The translations under genes and the position numbers were made by a program. Of a DNA stretch of 64,000 nucleotides, positions 51,093-61,916 are shown in pieces; position 1 is the stretch's first letter; the number at the start of each line of letters is the position of its first letter. The stretch covers positions 62,001 through 126,000 of IMG/VR virus record IMGVR_UViG_2897137741_000002; one strand, written 5' to 3'. Source of the stretch: an uncultured virus (IMG/VR IMGVR_UViG_2897137741_000002). Lineage: Duplodnaviria > Heunggongvirae > Uroviricota > Caudoviricetes. The notes under the pieces were generated by a model. The model saw only the letters and a program-made list of their open reading frames with translations. It was not told the DNA's origin and did not search any database.

Positions 51093-51311
51093 TTGGAAAG
51101 TTACCCTGAGTCCTTAAAAAGAGAGACAGAGGAGATTAAAGAGCGTGTTAGGAATGGAAATATCAAAGAAGACAGGATTAAAGAAATTGCAGAAACGACA
51201 GTTGAGTTTTTGAAATCAGAGGAGAAAAGACATAAATACTTTTCTGAAGTTGCTGCAGCTATGGCTGATAACTTAAGTGAGTTTTTCAAATCTTATTTAA
51301 AAGGAGAGTGA
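51093..51311 (+). CDS. yorV: Hypothetical protein
   Basis: 72 aa, synteny. Confidence 0.75.
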   Translation: MESYPESLKRETEEIKERVRNGNIKEDRIKEIAETTVEFLKSEEKRHKYFSEVAAAMADNLSEFFKSYLKGE

Positions 51312-51313
51312 AT

Positions 51314-51679
51314 ATGCTAACTGATCAAGAAAAAATTGACTTGGTAAACGCTCTTGATTTTGTAGTTATTGAACCACATACACAAAGCATTTACGTACAT
51401 AACAATGAAAAGACCAATGGAGTATTAGCTAAGGTTTTGCACACTATTTCAGTAGATGAGTATATTGAGAGCTTTAAGAAAGGGAGTCTAATTGATATCT
51501 TTCCAGCAGCAATGCAAGAAGCCGGTGCGGAAGGATTTAAAGATGGGCAGTTTGTGATTATGCCAAAGAAATTTTATGTTGATCAATGTTATGCGATGAG
51601 TAAGGAAATCGAGCGGTTAACTAACCTAATCGATCTACACAATATTAAACCAAATACATATCGAGGCTTGATTCATTAA
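51314..51679 (+). CDS. yorW: Hypothetical protein
   Basis: 121 aa, synteny. Confidence 0.75.
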   Translation: MLTDQEKIDLVNALDFVVIEPHTQSIYVHNNEKTNGVLAKVLHTISVDEYIESFKKGSLIDIFPAAMQEAGAEGFKDGQFVIMPKKFYVDQCYAMSKEIERLTNLIDLHNIKPNTYRGLIH

Positions 51680-51718
51680 ATTGTTTCAAGAAAAAACGAA
51701 AGGGTAAAGGGATGTTTA

Positions 51719-51946
51719 TTGAAAAAGTATTATGTAAGGTGTAAAGACAGCAAAGGTGAAAATGCGTCTCTAGTTATTGAGGCGCTATCACCTGAACAAG
51801 CAAAAGAACAAGCATACGAAGTACATGAGGTAAGGGATATTTATAATGTAAGTCTGGGAGAAGGAAGATCAAGGAATTATCTTGAACGAAAATATTCTCC
51901 ATACATAAAAAATGACAACGGCAAGGCTATAACTATCTTTTCATAA
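51719..51946 (+). CDS. yorX: Hypothetical protein
   Basis: 75 aa, synteny. Confidence 0.7.
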   Translation: MKKYYVRCKDSKGENASLVIEALSPEQAKEQAYEVHEVRDIYNVSLGEGRSRNYLERKYSPYIKNDNGKAITIFS

Positions 51947-51959
51947 GGGAGAGGATATC

Positions 51960-52142
51960 ATTAAGGATATTGTAAGAGATCTTGTTATTGATGACATTGA
52001 TGCTGCCGAAGGAGTATTAGATAAACTCTATGTTTATTTAGAAAACACTTTAAGGCCTGAAGAAAAGCGTGTTTGGGAGCGGTGTGATAAAGATATAATG
52101 TCTGTTTTTGCAAAGCTGAAAAATATTAAAGAAATTATTTAA
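51960..52142 (+). CDS. Small protein with an apparent ATT start (YorY-like)
   Basis: 60 open codons after RBS GGGAGAGG; no ATG/GTG/TTG at the expected position. Confidence 0.55.
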
Positions 52143-52149
52143 AAACCGA

Positions 52150-52178
52150 TAGACAAATACAAATAATATGTATATAAT
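52150..52178 (+). promoter_or_regulatory. SigA promoter with SPBRE-like spacer
   Basis: TAGACA-AATACAAATAATATGTA-TATAAT, identical to the 4039-4067 copy. Confidence 0.85.
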
Positions 52179-52208
52179 AAATTTACATTAAGACAAAGGA
52201 GAGTGTTA

Positions 52209-52421
52209 ATGAATCATATATGTGACATCTGTAAAGAGTATATAAGCGGAAAAACAATTTGTCTAAGAATCAGCGATGAAAAAACTTATGTAGACTTCAA
52301 TTGTTGTGAAGGTTGTGCAAAGGGTTATTCCGATAAAGTGAAAAATGAATGCAGCAATTTAAGTGTTAAGAAGACATTAGAACATTTAGGATTAAATAAC
52401 AAATGCAAAATAAGAGGATAA
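52209..52421 (+). CDS. yorZ: Cys-rich small protein
   Basis: 70 aa; stop inside repeat site. Confidence 0.7.
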   Translation: MNHICDICKEYISGKTICLRISDEKTYVDFNCCEGCAKGYSDKVKNECSNLSVKKTLEHLGLNNKCKIRG

Positions 52422-52513
52422 AATATTCCTTTTATCGTGATTTGTTTTCAAAAGTAAAAACGCCATAAATAATTCTTATGGCGTCTGTCGAACAGGGAGG
52501 TGCTTATACCAAA

Positions 52514-52663
52514 CTAGATTGGAACACCCTCTGGATAACCACCAAAGAAAGAAGCTCCAACAATGATTAACAAAATGAATAGCACCACGATCAAAGCGAA
52601 GGAGCTGCCATAACCGTTTGAGTAACCGTTATTTCCGTTAGAGTATCCACCGAAGAATCCCAT
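52514..52663 (-). CDS. YjcZ/SscA-family small sporulation membrane peptide (YosA-like)
   Basis: [21 protein letters not shown] signature; RBS AGGAGGTG. Confidence 0.85.
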   Translation of the reverse strand: MGFFGGYSNGNNGYSNGYGSSFALIVVLFILLIIVGASFFGGYPEGVPI

Positions 52664-52795
52664 ATTTCCACCTCCTTTAGGGAGATAGAACATGATATGC
52701 GGAACGATATATTTCGACATGGATTTAAGTCTATATAAGAAAAAATGAAGTTTTTGTCTAAAATTCAGCTCAATTGATAAGAAAGGGATGATCAA

Positions 52796-53344
52796 ATGAC
52801 AAATACATGGTTCATCAGTGATCCGCACTTTGGCCATAAGAATATCATCAAATATGATGGTGATAAACGACCATTTAAAGATACTGAACATATGGACAAT
52901 GTGATTATTGAGAATTTCAATAAAACGGTTAGCGAAGGGGATACAGTCTTTTGGCTTGGAGATATGTTTTTCTGTAATTCAAAAAGAATTGAGTACATAG
53001 TGAGTCGGTTAAAGAAAACTAGAAACATACTTATTAGAGGAAATCATGACAAAGGAATTTCAGATACAAAGTTTAGAAGACTTGGTTTTGATCCACATAG
53101 GATGTATCTCTATGAGGATTACATCCTTACTCATGAACCAATTTCTCAGGTGAATATGAACAGATTAATTGAGGAATTTCAACTTTGCTGTAATGTACAT
53201 GGGCATACACACAGTGAGGAAACTGGTCTCGAAAAGCTAAGTCATGTTTGTGTAAGTGTTGAAAATACCGACTTTAAACCAGTTACGATGGATTGGATTA
53301 ACTCGAAAAGGTGGGAAGGGGCAAGAAATCCGTATTGGAAATAG
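52796..53344 (+). CDS. Calcineurin-like metallophosphoesterase
   Basis: SDPHFGH, LGD, GNHD, HGHTH. Confidence 0.9.
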   Translation: MTNTWFISDPHFGHKNIIKYDGDKRPFKDTEHMDNVIIENFNKTVSEGDTVFWLGDMFFCNSKRIEYIVSRLKKTRNILIRGNHDKGISDTKFRRLGFDPHRMYLYEDYILTHEPISQVNMNRLIEEFQLCCNVHGHTHSEETGLEKLSHVCVSVENTDFKPVTMDWINSKRWEGARNPYWK

Positions 53345-53408
53345 AAAATAATTTCCCGGGCAAGCGCAGTATACGACAAATCAAAACAAATAACGAGGAG
53401 AGATTAAT

Positions 53409-53612
53409 ATGGACAAAGAAAAGTGGGTAGTTGAGGTCTATGCAGGAAAAGAATTCGCTGGAAAGATGACTGGCGTAGATGGAAAAGTAGCAGTATTTGA
53501 TCAACGAGAACAAGCAATTAATGAGGCACAAAAGTTTAAAGCAAAAGGTACTTTGGGCATCTGGTGTAAAGTCGTTCAGCATGTGGAGGAGCAAGTTGCA
53601 GCTAGTCATTAA
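53409..53612 (+). CDS. Hypothetical protein
   Basis: 67 aa, RBS GAGGAG. Confidence 0.7.
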   Translation: MDKEKWVVEVYAGKEFAGKMTGVDGKVAVFDQREQAINEAQKFKAKGTLGIWCKVVQHVEEQVAASH

Positions 53613-53781
53613 CGTTCTTGAAATCGTAGGTCTTTTGTTGATTGGAATAGTATCACTAGATATATATGGAACTAAAAAGGGAATAAAACCTCAAATCGCT
53701 TTAGTATTATTAGTTCTAGCTGTTTTAGCTGGGTTGTCATTCTTAATCAGTTTAGTTTTATTAATTATCAATATTATCTAA
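53596..53781 (+). CDS. Small membrane protein
   Basis: Hydrophobic; probable TTG start after GGAGGA; stop inside repeat site. Confidence 0.55.
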   Translation: MQLVINVLEIVGLLLIGIVSLDIYGTKKGIKPQIALVLLVLAVLAGLSFLISLVLLIINII

Positions 53782-53823
53782 ATAAAATTCAATTTTTAAA
53801 GAGTCTTATAAGGAGGTGAATAA

Positions 53824-54219
53824 GTGGGACGCCATAAAGCAACGATTGAAGGATTGGTTATGATAGAAAGTTATTACTCACACCGTGCCCCAGGCACAGA
53901 GAGGTGGATTACTCAGCCAGTATGTAAGATAACTCGTACTGAACCAATCTTCGAGGGCTATATAGATATTGAGCCTATAGAAATTGGAGGTAAAGTTTAT
54001 ATCCCTGGACTTAATGAATATATCATAGTGACTGACAGGCAGCGAAACATACATAACGAGTGGACATATCAAACTGACAGAGTGGTTAAGACAATTATAG
54101 ATGAAAAAAGCTTGAAGGGATGCGAAGAACACAATAATAAGAAAGCAAAAAACAATGATACTCAAAATCAAAGACAGATAAAAACTTCCTGGTGGAAGAG
54201 GCTAACTAAAAAAGACTAA
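53824..54219 (+). CDS. yosD: Hypothetical protein
   Basis: 131 aa, synteny. Confidence 0.65.
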   Translation: MGRHKATIEGLVMIESYYSHRAPGTERWITQPVCKITRTEPIFEGYIDIEPIEIGGKVYIPGLNEYIIVTDRQRNIHNEWTYQTDRVVKTIIDEKSLKGCEEHNNKKAKNNDTQNQRQIKTSWWKRLTKKD

Positions 54220-54233
54220 AGGAGAGATATTTA

Positions 54234-54581
54234 TTGAATAAGGATAAAAAAGATATTTGGAACGGTTTCTTTATTGGATCAGGTTCGTTAATTGTTGTTG
54301 GATTACTTATTTTTGTTGAAGCGTTGACTATGTCACTAATTGTTTATTACGGATTGAATCACGTGTTAAATCCTTTGCTTATTGATACATACAACATTCA
54401 AAATGTCCATGTCACTTTACCTCATGCATTTGTTATTGGTGTTTTACTCAACGTATTTGTCAAAGGTGTAAAACGGTCAGATCAGGAAAAAGATGAGAAC
54501 ATTTTCAAGAAAGCCGGTAAGTCTTTACTTCATTCAGCTTTCGCATTGATTGTTCTGTATGTTAGCACACTGTTTATTTAA
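54234..54581 (+). CDS. yosE: Membrane protein
   Basis: 115 aa, three TM segments, synteny. Confidence 0.65.
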   Translation: MNKDKKDIWNGFFIGSGSLIVVGLLIFVEALTMSLIVYYGLNHVLNPLLIDTYNIQNVHVTLPHAFVIGVLLNVFVKGVKRSDQEKDENIFKKAGKSLLHSAFALIVLYVSTLFI

Positions 54582-54678
54582 CGAAGGAGGAATCTGAAAA
54601 TAATTAAAGGCAACTGACATTAATTCTCTCGTTACCTTTTGACGAAAAATATTATTGAAAGGAGTTAGGTGGAGGAAT

Positions 54679-54957
54679 ATGGCCAAACTCTTGATCGAAT
54701 ACGAAGGTACATACGATCTGAAAGAAAGTGTATGTGAAAACAAAATAATGTCTGGTAGAGCTTTAGTACGGGATTTAGGGGATTTTGTTACATATGGTTT
54801 AACACTTAATCAAAATCCAAAGGTCAATATTAAGAGACTTGATGATAAGGGTTGTGTGATTCAAGAAATAAATGATGTAAGCTTGTCAATCTCAGAGAAT
54901 GAAAACAAGCAAAAAATCTTAGACAATTTGGCAGCCTTGCTAAGAAAATCACTTTAA
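54679..54957 (+). CDS. Hypothetical protein
   Basis: ATG after GGTGGAGG; stop inside repeat site. Confidence 0.65.
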   Translation: MAKLLIEYEGTYDLKESVCENKIMSGRALVRDLGDFVTYGLTLNQNPKVNIKRLDDKGCVIQEINDVSLSISENENKQKILDNLAALLRKSL

Positions 54958-54983
54958 AAGTTTTATTTTAAACAAAAGAGGAG

Positions 54984-55268
54984 ATGGAAAGCATGGATTA
55001 TGCGAAAGTCAAAGGGAAAAATGTAGTCATTACTCTACCGATCGATTTGTTAGAAGTGGCATTTAACAATAACCCAAACAACTGGGATGAATCAATTAAG
55101 GTTAAATACAAAAGACAATTTGCTAAAGGGTTTGCTGAAAAGATTAATGAAACCTCAACAAATAGTGAAACCGGTTTAACTGTATTTCAGGAAGTAATTG
55201 ACGCAATATTTGATGAGATGTTAGAAGAAGCTCCAAATTATATTAAAGTCCCTCAAGAGGATTATTGA
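54984..55268 (+). CDS. Hypothetical protein bracketed by repeat sites
   Basis: 94 aa; sites at 54949 and 55264. Confidence 0.7.
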   Translation: MESMDYAKVKGKNVVITLPIDLLEVAFNNNPNNWDESIKVKYKRQFAKGFAEKINETSTNSETGLTVFQEVIDAIFDEMLEEAPNYIKVPQEDY

Positions 55269-55305
55269 ATAAAAGGATGATTTTAAAGAAAGAGGAGGGA
55301 AGCAC

Positions 55306-55497
55306 GTGGCTTATGATGAGATTAATGGCAAGTTAATTAACCCAAAAGTAAGTGATGTAATTAAAGCATTACAAGATCAACTTGATTTTCACGGCGACAC
55401 ACCAGTTAACTTCAGGATTGATGGTGAAGAATCAAGAGATGAGATTCAATTAGATCCATATAAAAATGTTCTTGTGTTCCATTTAGAGGAAGTTTAA
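55306..55497 (+). CDS. Hypothetical protein
   Basis: 63 aa, RBS GAGGAGG. Confidence 0.7.
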   Translation: MAYDEINGKLINPKVSDVIKALQDQLDFHGDTPVNFRIDGEESRDEIQLDPYKNVLVFHLEEV

Positions 55498-55511
55498 GGA
55501 AGAAAGTTACA

Positions 55512-55727
55512 ATAGACCCATTTGATTATATCGGATGTCATTTTAAACACTATAAAGGTGGCATTTACAAATTTATTGGAGAGGCTATTCACACTGAAAC
55601 AAAAGAAAAGCTGATTACATATGAAGACCATGACGGATTTCTTTGGGGCAAGACCTATAGACATGTTTTCTTTGGAAAAGTGGTTGTTGATGGTAAAGAG
55701 ATTAAAAGATTCACAAAAATAAACTAA
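55512..55727 (+). pseudogene. DUF1653-like gene with damaged start and a frameshifted segment
   Basis: FKHYKGGIY..AIHTET..; ATA start; the WARPIDMF motif is read in a shifted frame. Confidence 0.6.
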
Positions 55728-55740
55728 AAGGATGATGAAA

Positions 55741-55875
55741 ATGAATAAAAAATACGGACTTTATTGCATGGGAACACTTGTTAATACTTATGATGATGCT
55801 ATTGAGGCTCATAATGATGCTGTGTATGCTCAAGAAGAAAGTGGAGTACCACATGAGGTAAGAGAAATTCAATAA
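55741..55875 (+). CDS. Small protein (44 aa, YosI-like, not in track)
   Basis: MNKKYGLYCMGTLVNTYDDAIEAH... Confidence 0.65.
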   Translation: MNKKYGLYCMGTLVNTYDDAIEAHNDAVYAQEESGVPHEVREIQ

Positions 55876-55894
55876 AATAAGAGGAGGACATTAA

Positions 55895-56089
55895 ATGATT
55901 AAAGGGTTTTATAAAGATCAGAAACTTCACCTTCTAGAAGATCCTATGCAGCAGTACACCGTCATGAAAGTTGAAGAAAATGCAGTATGTGTTTACCGGT
56001 GGATCGATGATTATAGACACAAGATTGAAAGATTTACTGATGTTGAAGAGGCTAAAAAGCTTCTTGGCGAAGGCTGGCCTAAACAATAA
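55895..56089 (+). CDS. yosJ: Hypothetical protein
   Basis: 64 aa, synteny. Confidence 0.65.
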   Translation: MIKGFYKDQKLHLLEDPMQQYTVMKVEENAVCVYRWIDDYRHKIERFTDVEEAKKLLGEGWPKQ

Positions 56090-56429
56090 CAAAGGAAGAT
56101 ACAGAAATTTATTCAGAAACAATTGGAGGACGAATAGATATCGGAAAATAACTATAGGCCGTCAGTTCCTAGATGGGTTGGCGATATACTAGAGCTAGAC
56201 AAGAAAAGAAGACAAAATCAGTACAGAGGCTCACTAACGTCAGGTCAAGAGAAGAAGGACTGGGATGAGTGGAAACGTAGGTATTCAAGGAAATTAAAGT
56301 ACGCAAGATTGAACGGATGGACGATCGAAGAAGAGTAACGATTTTTTAGGGAGGACGAATAGATACGGCTCGATTCTAGATAAAATCACAGCTTTATTCA
56401 AAATAAAAAAAATAATAAGGAGATGTAAA

Positions 56430-56777
56430 ATGGGGGCAGCTAGACAGTTATACGTAAAGCGTAATGATCTGGTGACTATGGAAGAAGCAAAAGAAAATAA
56501 GAAGATACACATGCAAAATGGTGAGTCATTTACAGTATTTAAGGGAGAACTTATTGCAACTGACTTAGAAGGACACCAAATGGTTATCCCGCAAAGCCAA
56601 AAGGATAACTATATCCCTGTTGAATTAGAGGAGTTGTCTCCTTATGAGGCTCAAATGGCCAAAGGTTATGCTGAGATGGGAGCCATTAATAGTGAAATAG
56701 CTGAAGCATATTACCATGTTGAAAATGAAGCTGAATCTGCAACTACAAGATTAATTACAGGGGCATATAACGATTAG
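56430..56777 (+). CDS. yosL: MazE-mimic MazF inhibitor
   Basis: C-terminal QMAKGYAEMGAINSEIAE resembles the B. subtilis MazE tail; directly upstream of nrdI. Confidence 0.8.
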   Translation: MGAARQLYVKRNDLVTMEEAKENKKIHMQNGESFTVFKGELIATDLEGHQMVIPQSQKDNYIPVELEELSPYEAQMAKGYAEMGAINSEIAEAYYHVENEAESATTRLITGAYND

Positions 56778-57172
56778 TGATCATTACATATGAGAGTAAA
56801 ACTGGCAATGTAAGAAGGTTTGTAAAAGCGCTGCAACACAAATTAGATATTGAGACAATTGAAATAACTGATGATACGATCATCAATCAAGAGTTCATAC
56901 ATATTACATATACGATAGACTTTGGGGAAGTACCTGAAAGGACTTTGAGTTTTATCAAAAAGAATAAAAATAAAATTAGAGGAGTTGTTGTTAGTGGCAA
57001 CAAGGTTTGGGGTGTTAACTATGGTTTAGCTGGAGACAAGCTTTCAGCTAAGTTCCACATTCCATTGTTATTAAAGTTTGAACTTAGTGGAACGAAACAA
57101 GACTTACAGAAGATCATTCAGGAGGTACAACTTATTGACAAACACAATACCAAAGTGGATCAAGCTCAATAA
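56777..57172 (+). CDS. nrdI: Class Ib RNR flavodoxin NrdI
   Basis: YESKTGNVRRF, SGNKVWG, FELSG. Confidence 0.93.
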   Translation: MIITYESKTGNVRRFVKALQHKLDIETIEITDDTIINQEFIHITYTIDFGEVPERTLSFIKKNKNKIRGVVVSGNKVWGVNYGLAGDKLSAKFHIPLLLKFELSGTKQDLQKIIQEVQLIDKHNTKVDQAQ

Positions 57173-59486
57173 TGAGATCATGATTCAGAAAGATGGGAAG
57201 TATCAATTCCAAAAGGATAAGGAGGCCGTACATAGTTACTTTGTTGACTACATTAATCAAAACACAGTCTTTTTCCATGATTTAAAAGAGAAGTTGGATT
57301 ATCTGATTAAAAATGATTATTACGAAGAAGAATTCCTAAGCAAATATACATTTGAACAGATTAAATCAATTTATAAGATTGCTTACAGTTACAAATTCAG
57401 ATTCCCATCTTTTATGAGTGCATTTAAGTTCTACAATGACTACGCATTGAAGACAAACGATAAAACAAAGATCCTGGAAAGGTACGAGGATCGTGTCTCA
57501 ATTGTAGCTCTATATTGTGCTGATGGGGATTACGAGAAAGCAGTTGAGGAAGTACATACTATGATGAAACAAGAGTATCAGCCGGCAACACCTACATTCC
57601 TTAATGCTGGACGTAAGCGAAGAGGTGAAATGGTGAGCTGCTTCTTACTTGAAGTGGATGACAGTTTGAATGCTATCTCTAGAGCCATTGATATCTCCAT
57701 GCAGCTTTCTAAGCTAGGTGGAGGAGTAGCATTAAATCTAAACAAACTAAGAGCCAAAGGTGAAGCCATTAAAGATGTTGAGAATGCGACAAAAGGCGTT
57801 GTAGGCGTCATGAAGCTATTGGATAATGCCTTCAGATATGCCGACCAAATGGGTTGATTTGGCCCCTTTCATCAGCAATGGTGATCGAAAACCTCTTTAA
57901 TTCATGGGAACTCCTACAGGGACAATCATGAGCGAAGCAAGACTAAGTCTTGAACGTGCAACGACTAGCCGAAAGGCGTAGGCTGCAAGCTATTGGCAGT
58001 CGAAACAGGAGGCACCCTTAGAGGGTGAAGATATAGTCTAACCTTCATGGTAACATGAAGCAGCCATATGGCGGGGCGTGCTTAGCGAACACGTCTGAAT
58101 GGTCTGCAAAGACAAGGATCAGGAGCAGTTTATCTAAGTGTATTCCATCCAGACATTACAGATTTCCTAGATACCAAAAAAATAAGTGCTGATGAAGATG
58201 TCCGAGTTAAAACATTATCTATTGGTGTAGTTGTTCCAGATAAATTTATTGAACTTGCAAGGGAAGACAAGGATTATTACATGTTCTATCCGCATTCAGT
58301 ATACAAGGAATATGGACAGTATCTTGATGAGATGAGCATCAATGAAATGTATGATGAGCTTGTCGAAAACCCTAGGGTTAGAAAAGCTAAAGGGAATACT
58401 CGGAAGCTGTTAGAGCAATTGGCCATTCTAAGAAGCGAATCTGGCTATCCGTATATTATGTTCGCTGACAATGTAAATAAAGTGCATCCAAATGAACATA
58501 TTTCAAAAGTGAAGTTTTCAAATTTGTGTTCTGAAGTCCTCCAATCATCACAAGTATCAGTTTATACGGATTACGATAAAGAGGATGAAATTGGTTTAGA
58601 TATCTCCTGCAATCTTGGCTCAATGAACATTGTAAATGTAATGAGTAATCAATCAATTGCTTCAACAGTCAGAATAGCCATTGACTCACTGACAACAGTC
58701 ACAAGGAAAACAAACATTGTAAATGCTCCAGCTGTTGCGAGAGCAAATACACTAATGAGATCAATTGGTCTAGGGCAGATGAACCTCCATGGATTTCTAG
58801 CTCAAAATAATATTGCTTATGAAAGTGAAGAAGCTAAGGATTTTGCAAATACATACTTTATGATGGTTAACTTCTACTCCCTGCAGCGTTCTATGGAAAT
58901 TGCACGAGAAACAGGGGAGACATACTACAAGTTTGATGGTTCAACTTATAAATCAGGTGAGTATTTCGAAAAGTACGTAACAAATGATTATAGCCCTCAG
59001 TTTGAAAAGGTTAAAAAGCTATTTGGAGATCAACATATTCCTAACATTGAAGATTGGACGAAACTTAAAGAAGATGTAATGAAATATGGCTTATACCATT
59101 CGTATAGACAGGCTATTGCACCTACGGGAAGCATCTCATATGTTCAATCATCTACAGCAGGTGTAATGCCAATTATGGAGAGAATTGAGGAACGAACATA
59201 CGGAAACAGTAAGACATATTATCCAATGCCAGGTTTATCGGCTAAGAATTGGTTCTTCTACAAAGAAGCATACGACATGGATATGTTTAAGGTAGTTGAT
59301 CTTATTGCAACGATTCAGCAGCATGTCGATCAAGGAATTTCATTTACCTTGTTCCTGAAAGATACGATGACAACGAGAGACCTGAATAGAATAGATCTCT
59401 ACGCTCATCATCGAGGAATTAAGACCTTGTACTATGCGAGAACTAAGGATACTGGTCAGGATTCATGTCTATCTTGTGTTGTCTGA
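57135..59486 (+). CDS. nrdE: Class Ib RNR alpha subunit, spliced (exons 57135-57854 and 58107-59486; 699 aa; no intein)
   Basis: ATPTF, SCF, joined ADQMG|QRQG, FSNLCSE, APTGS, C-terminal CLSC. Confidence 0.92.
57855..58106 (+). mobile_element. Group I intron in nrdE (252 nt, no ORF)
   Basis: 5' splice after U, terminal G, AAGATATAGTCT P7-like element; removal restores the reading frame. Confidence 0.9.
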
Positions 59487-59638
59487 TTAACTCTATAAAA
59501 ATAGTATTCATATAATAGTTCAGAAATTAAAAGAAGGATATTCATTAAAATAGCATTTGTTAAATTTCCTTCAAAACACAGTGATAGCCCTAGATTAACA
59601 AGGAACATAAAGATAATTTTTTGAACGTTATTATTCAT
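59456..59638 (-). CDS. Possible small hydrophobic protein antisense between nrdE and nrdF
   Basis: Hydrophobic ORF with GAGGA upstream. Confidence 0.35.
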   Translation of the reverse strand: MNNNVQKIIFMFLVNLGLSLCFEGNLTNAILMNILLLISELLYEYYFYRVNQTTQDRHES

Positions 59639-59822
59639 AAGTAAAACCATCCTCTTATAATTTTAGGGGCTTTGTTACCCCGTATATAAGGGCTTCAAAG
59701 AGGGTGGTTTTACAGTGTCAAATCTAAAATTTTTTAAGATAGGAGAATATTTTTGACAAAAATTTATGACGCAGCAAACTGGTCAAAGCATGAAGACGAT
59801 TTTACCCAAATGTTCTATAACC

Positions 59823-60076
59823 AAAACGTGAAACAGTTCTGGCTTCCGGAAGAGATTGCTTTAAACGGCGATCTCCTCACATGGAAGTACCTCGGAAAAA
59901 ATGAGCAGGACACTTATATGAAGGTACTGGCCGGACTTACGCTTCTTGAAAAACGTGAAACAGTTCTGGCTTCCGGAAGAGATTGCTTTAAACGGCGATC
60001 TCCTCACATGGAAGTACCTCGGAAAAAATGAGCAGGACACTTATATGAAGGTACTGGCCGGACTTACGCTTCTTGA
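59823..60076 (+). repeat. Perfect 127-bp tandem duplication
   Basis: 59823-59949 equals 59950-60076. Confidence 0.95.
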
Positions 60077-60460
60077 CACAGAGCAGGGGAATACGGGGAT
60101 GCCGATCGTGGCTGAACACGTAGACGGCCACCAGCGGAAAGCGGTGCTGAACTTTATGGCCATGATGGAGAACGCTGTCCATGCGAAGTCGTACAGCAAC
60201 ATCTTTCTTACATTAGCTCCAACCGAGCAGATCAATGAAGTCTTCGAATGGGTGAAAAACAATAAATTTTTGCAAAAGAAAGCGGGAATAATTGTTTCAA
60301 TCTATAAGTCAATTCAAAAAAACGATGACATTTCATTATTCAAAGGAATGGTTGCTTCTGTGTTCCTAGAGAGTTTTCTTTTCTACTCAGGGTTTTATTA
60401 TCCACTTTACTTTTACGGACAAGGAAAACTGATGCAAAGCGGTGAGATCATTAACCTGAT

Positions 60461-61268
60461 TATTTAATAGTCCCTTTTGTCGGCAACGGCAAATGTGAAC
60501 CTCTCTAATTGCTGGAAAATCCTTATTAGGACAATCAGCAGCGAAGCTATGCGAACCCAAAGGAGGTGAAAATGATAAGGAAAGAAGTCGAAGAAGCACC
60601 TTGGTGGATAACGGAAACGGGAGTTATCATATCAAAAAAAATAAAGAAACCAAGAAAGACATTTATTACTCCACATGGCTATGAAATGATAGGATACACG
60701 CATCCGAAAAAAGGAACACAGAACTATTTAGTACATAGGTTAGTCGCAAAATATTTTATTCATGATATACCAAAAGGAATGTTTGTAAACCACATAGATG
60801 GAAATAAACTAAACAACCACGTTCGGAACTTAGAAATAGTTACACCTAAAGAAAATACTCTACATGCAATGAAAATTGGATTAATGTCAGGACAACCTGG
60901 AGAAAGTAATTCAATGTCAAAGCTCACTAATATGGAGGCAACAAATTTAATCTATGATTTGATTGCTGGAATGAACAATGTTGAAGCTGGTGAAAAATAC
61001 AGCCTTCATCCTCGTTACGTTAGTCTAATTCGACATAAAAGAAGATGGAAGACTTTATGGGATCGCATAGAACGTTCAACGACTATCGCATAGGCGGCGA
61101 AATTCCGCAAAACGAGTAGGGCGCAAGCTATTGGCGTGGGTGAGAACCCCTTAAATCGAAACGGGAGGCATCCTACAGGGATGATGATATAGTCTGCTCC
61201 TTACGGTAACGTAAGGCGGTTGCGACAGGGCAACGAACCGATAGTAGCGAACTCGGTTGAACTAAGGG
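60461..61268 (+). mobile_element. Group I intron in nrdF (808 nt) encoding an HNH endonuclease
   Basis: P1 GAU/UAUU..AAUAGUC with a U-G pair, terminal G, GATATAGTCT element. Confidence 0.9.
60572..61093 (+). CDS. yosQ: Intron-encoded HNH homing endonuclease
   Basis: [24 protein letters not shown]. Confidence 0.92.
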   Translation: MIRKEVEEAPWWITETGVIISKKIKKPRKTFITPHGYEMIGYTHPKKGTQNYLVHRLVAKYFIHDIPKGMFVNHIDGNKLNNHVRNLEIVTPKENTLHAMKIGLMSGQPGESNSMSKLTNMEATNLIYDLIAGMNNVEAGEKYSLHPRYVSLIRHKRRWKTLWDRIERSTTIA

Positions 61269-61673
61269 TATTAGAGACGAAGCGATACATGGAACATACA
61301 TCGGATTGCTAGCTCAAGAGATATATAAGAACCAAACACCACAGAAGCAAACGGAATTGTATGAATGGGCATTAAGCTTACTGCAGGAGCTTTACGAAAA
61401 TGAATTAGAGTATACAGAAGATGTCTATGATCAAGTTGGCTTAGCTCCAGATGTTAAGAAATTCATCAGATACAATGCTAATAAAGCGTTAAACAACCTG
61501 GGATTCGATCATCAGTTCGAGGAAGAAGACGTTAACCCAATTGTTATTAATGGATTGAGCACTAAAACTAAGTCTCATGACTTCTTTTCAACTAAAGGAA
61601 ATGGTTATAAAAAAGCGACAGTTGAGCCTTTAAAAGATTCTGATTTCATTTTTACTGAGAAAGGGTGTATTCA

Positions 61674-61916
61674 ATGAGAGTAATTAAATTAGAGCAGCCT
61701 AATTGTAATCCATGTAAAATGGTGTCCAATTACTTAGAGCAAGCAAATATTCAATTTGAGACAGTTGACGTTACACAGGAACCAGAAGTGGCAGCTAGAT
61801 TTGGTGTTATGGGAGTTCCGGTAACCGTTTTGCTGAGTGATCAAGGAGAGGAAGTAAAACGAAGTATTGGTTTTAAGCCTGATGAACTTGATGAGTTACT
61901 AAAGGAATTACGATAA
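61674..61916 (+). CDS. yosR: Thioredoxin/NrdH-like redoxin
   Basis: CNPC motif. Confidence 0.88.
   Translation: MRVIKLEQPNCNPCKMVSNYLEQANIQFETVDVTQEPEVAARFGVMGVPVTVLLSDQGEEVKRSIGFKPDELDELLKELR

Larger units (their letters stand above)
59753..61677 (+). pseudogene. nrdF: Class Ib RNR beta subunit; intron-split and frameshifted by a 127-bp duplication as assembled
   Basis: [18 protein letters not shown], joined NLII|RDEAIH; duplicated segment 59823-60076. Confidence 0.85.

Noticed and set aside
52514..52891. 125-aa minus-strand ORF
   Set aside because: Only the last 49 codons have an RBS and a family signature; the upstream part overlaps the phosphoesterase gene.
58281..59486. Separate 401-aa gene or split-pseudogene nrdE
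   Set aside because: It is exon 2; removing the 252-nt intron restores a continuous NrdE.
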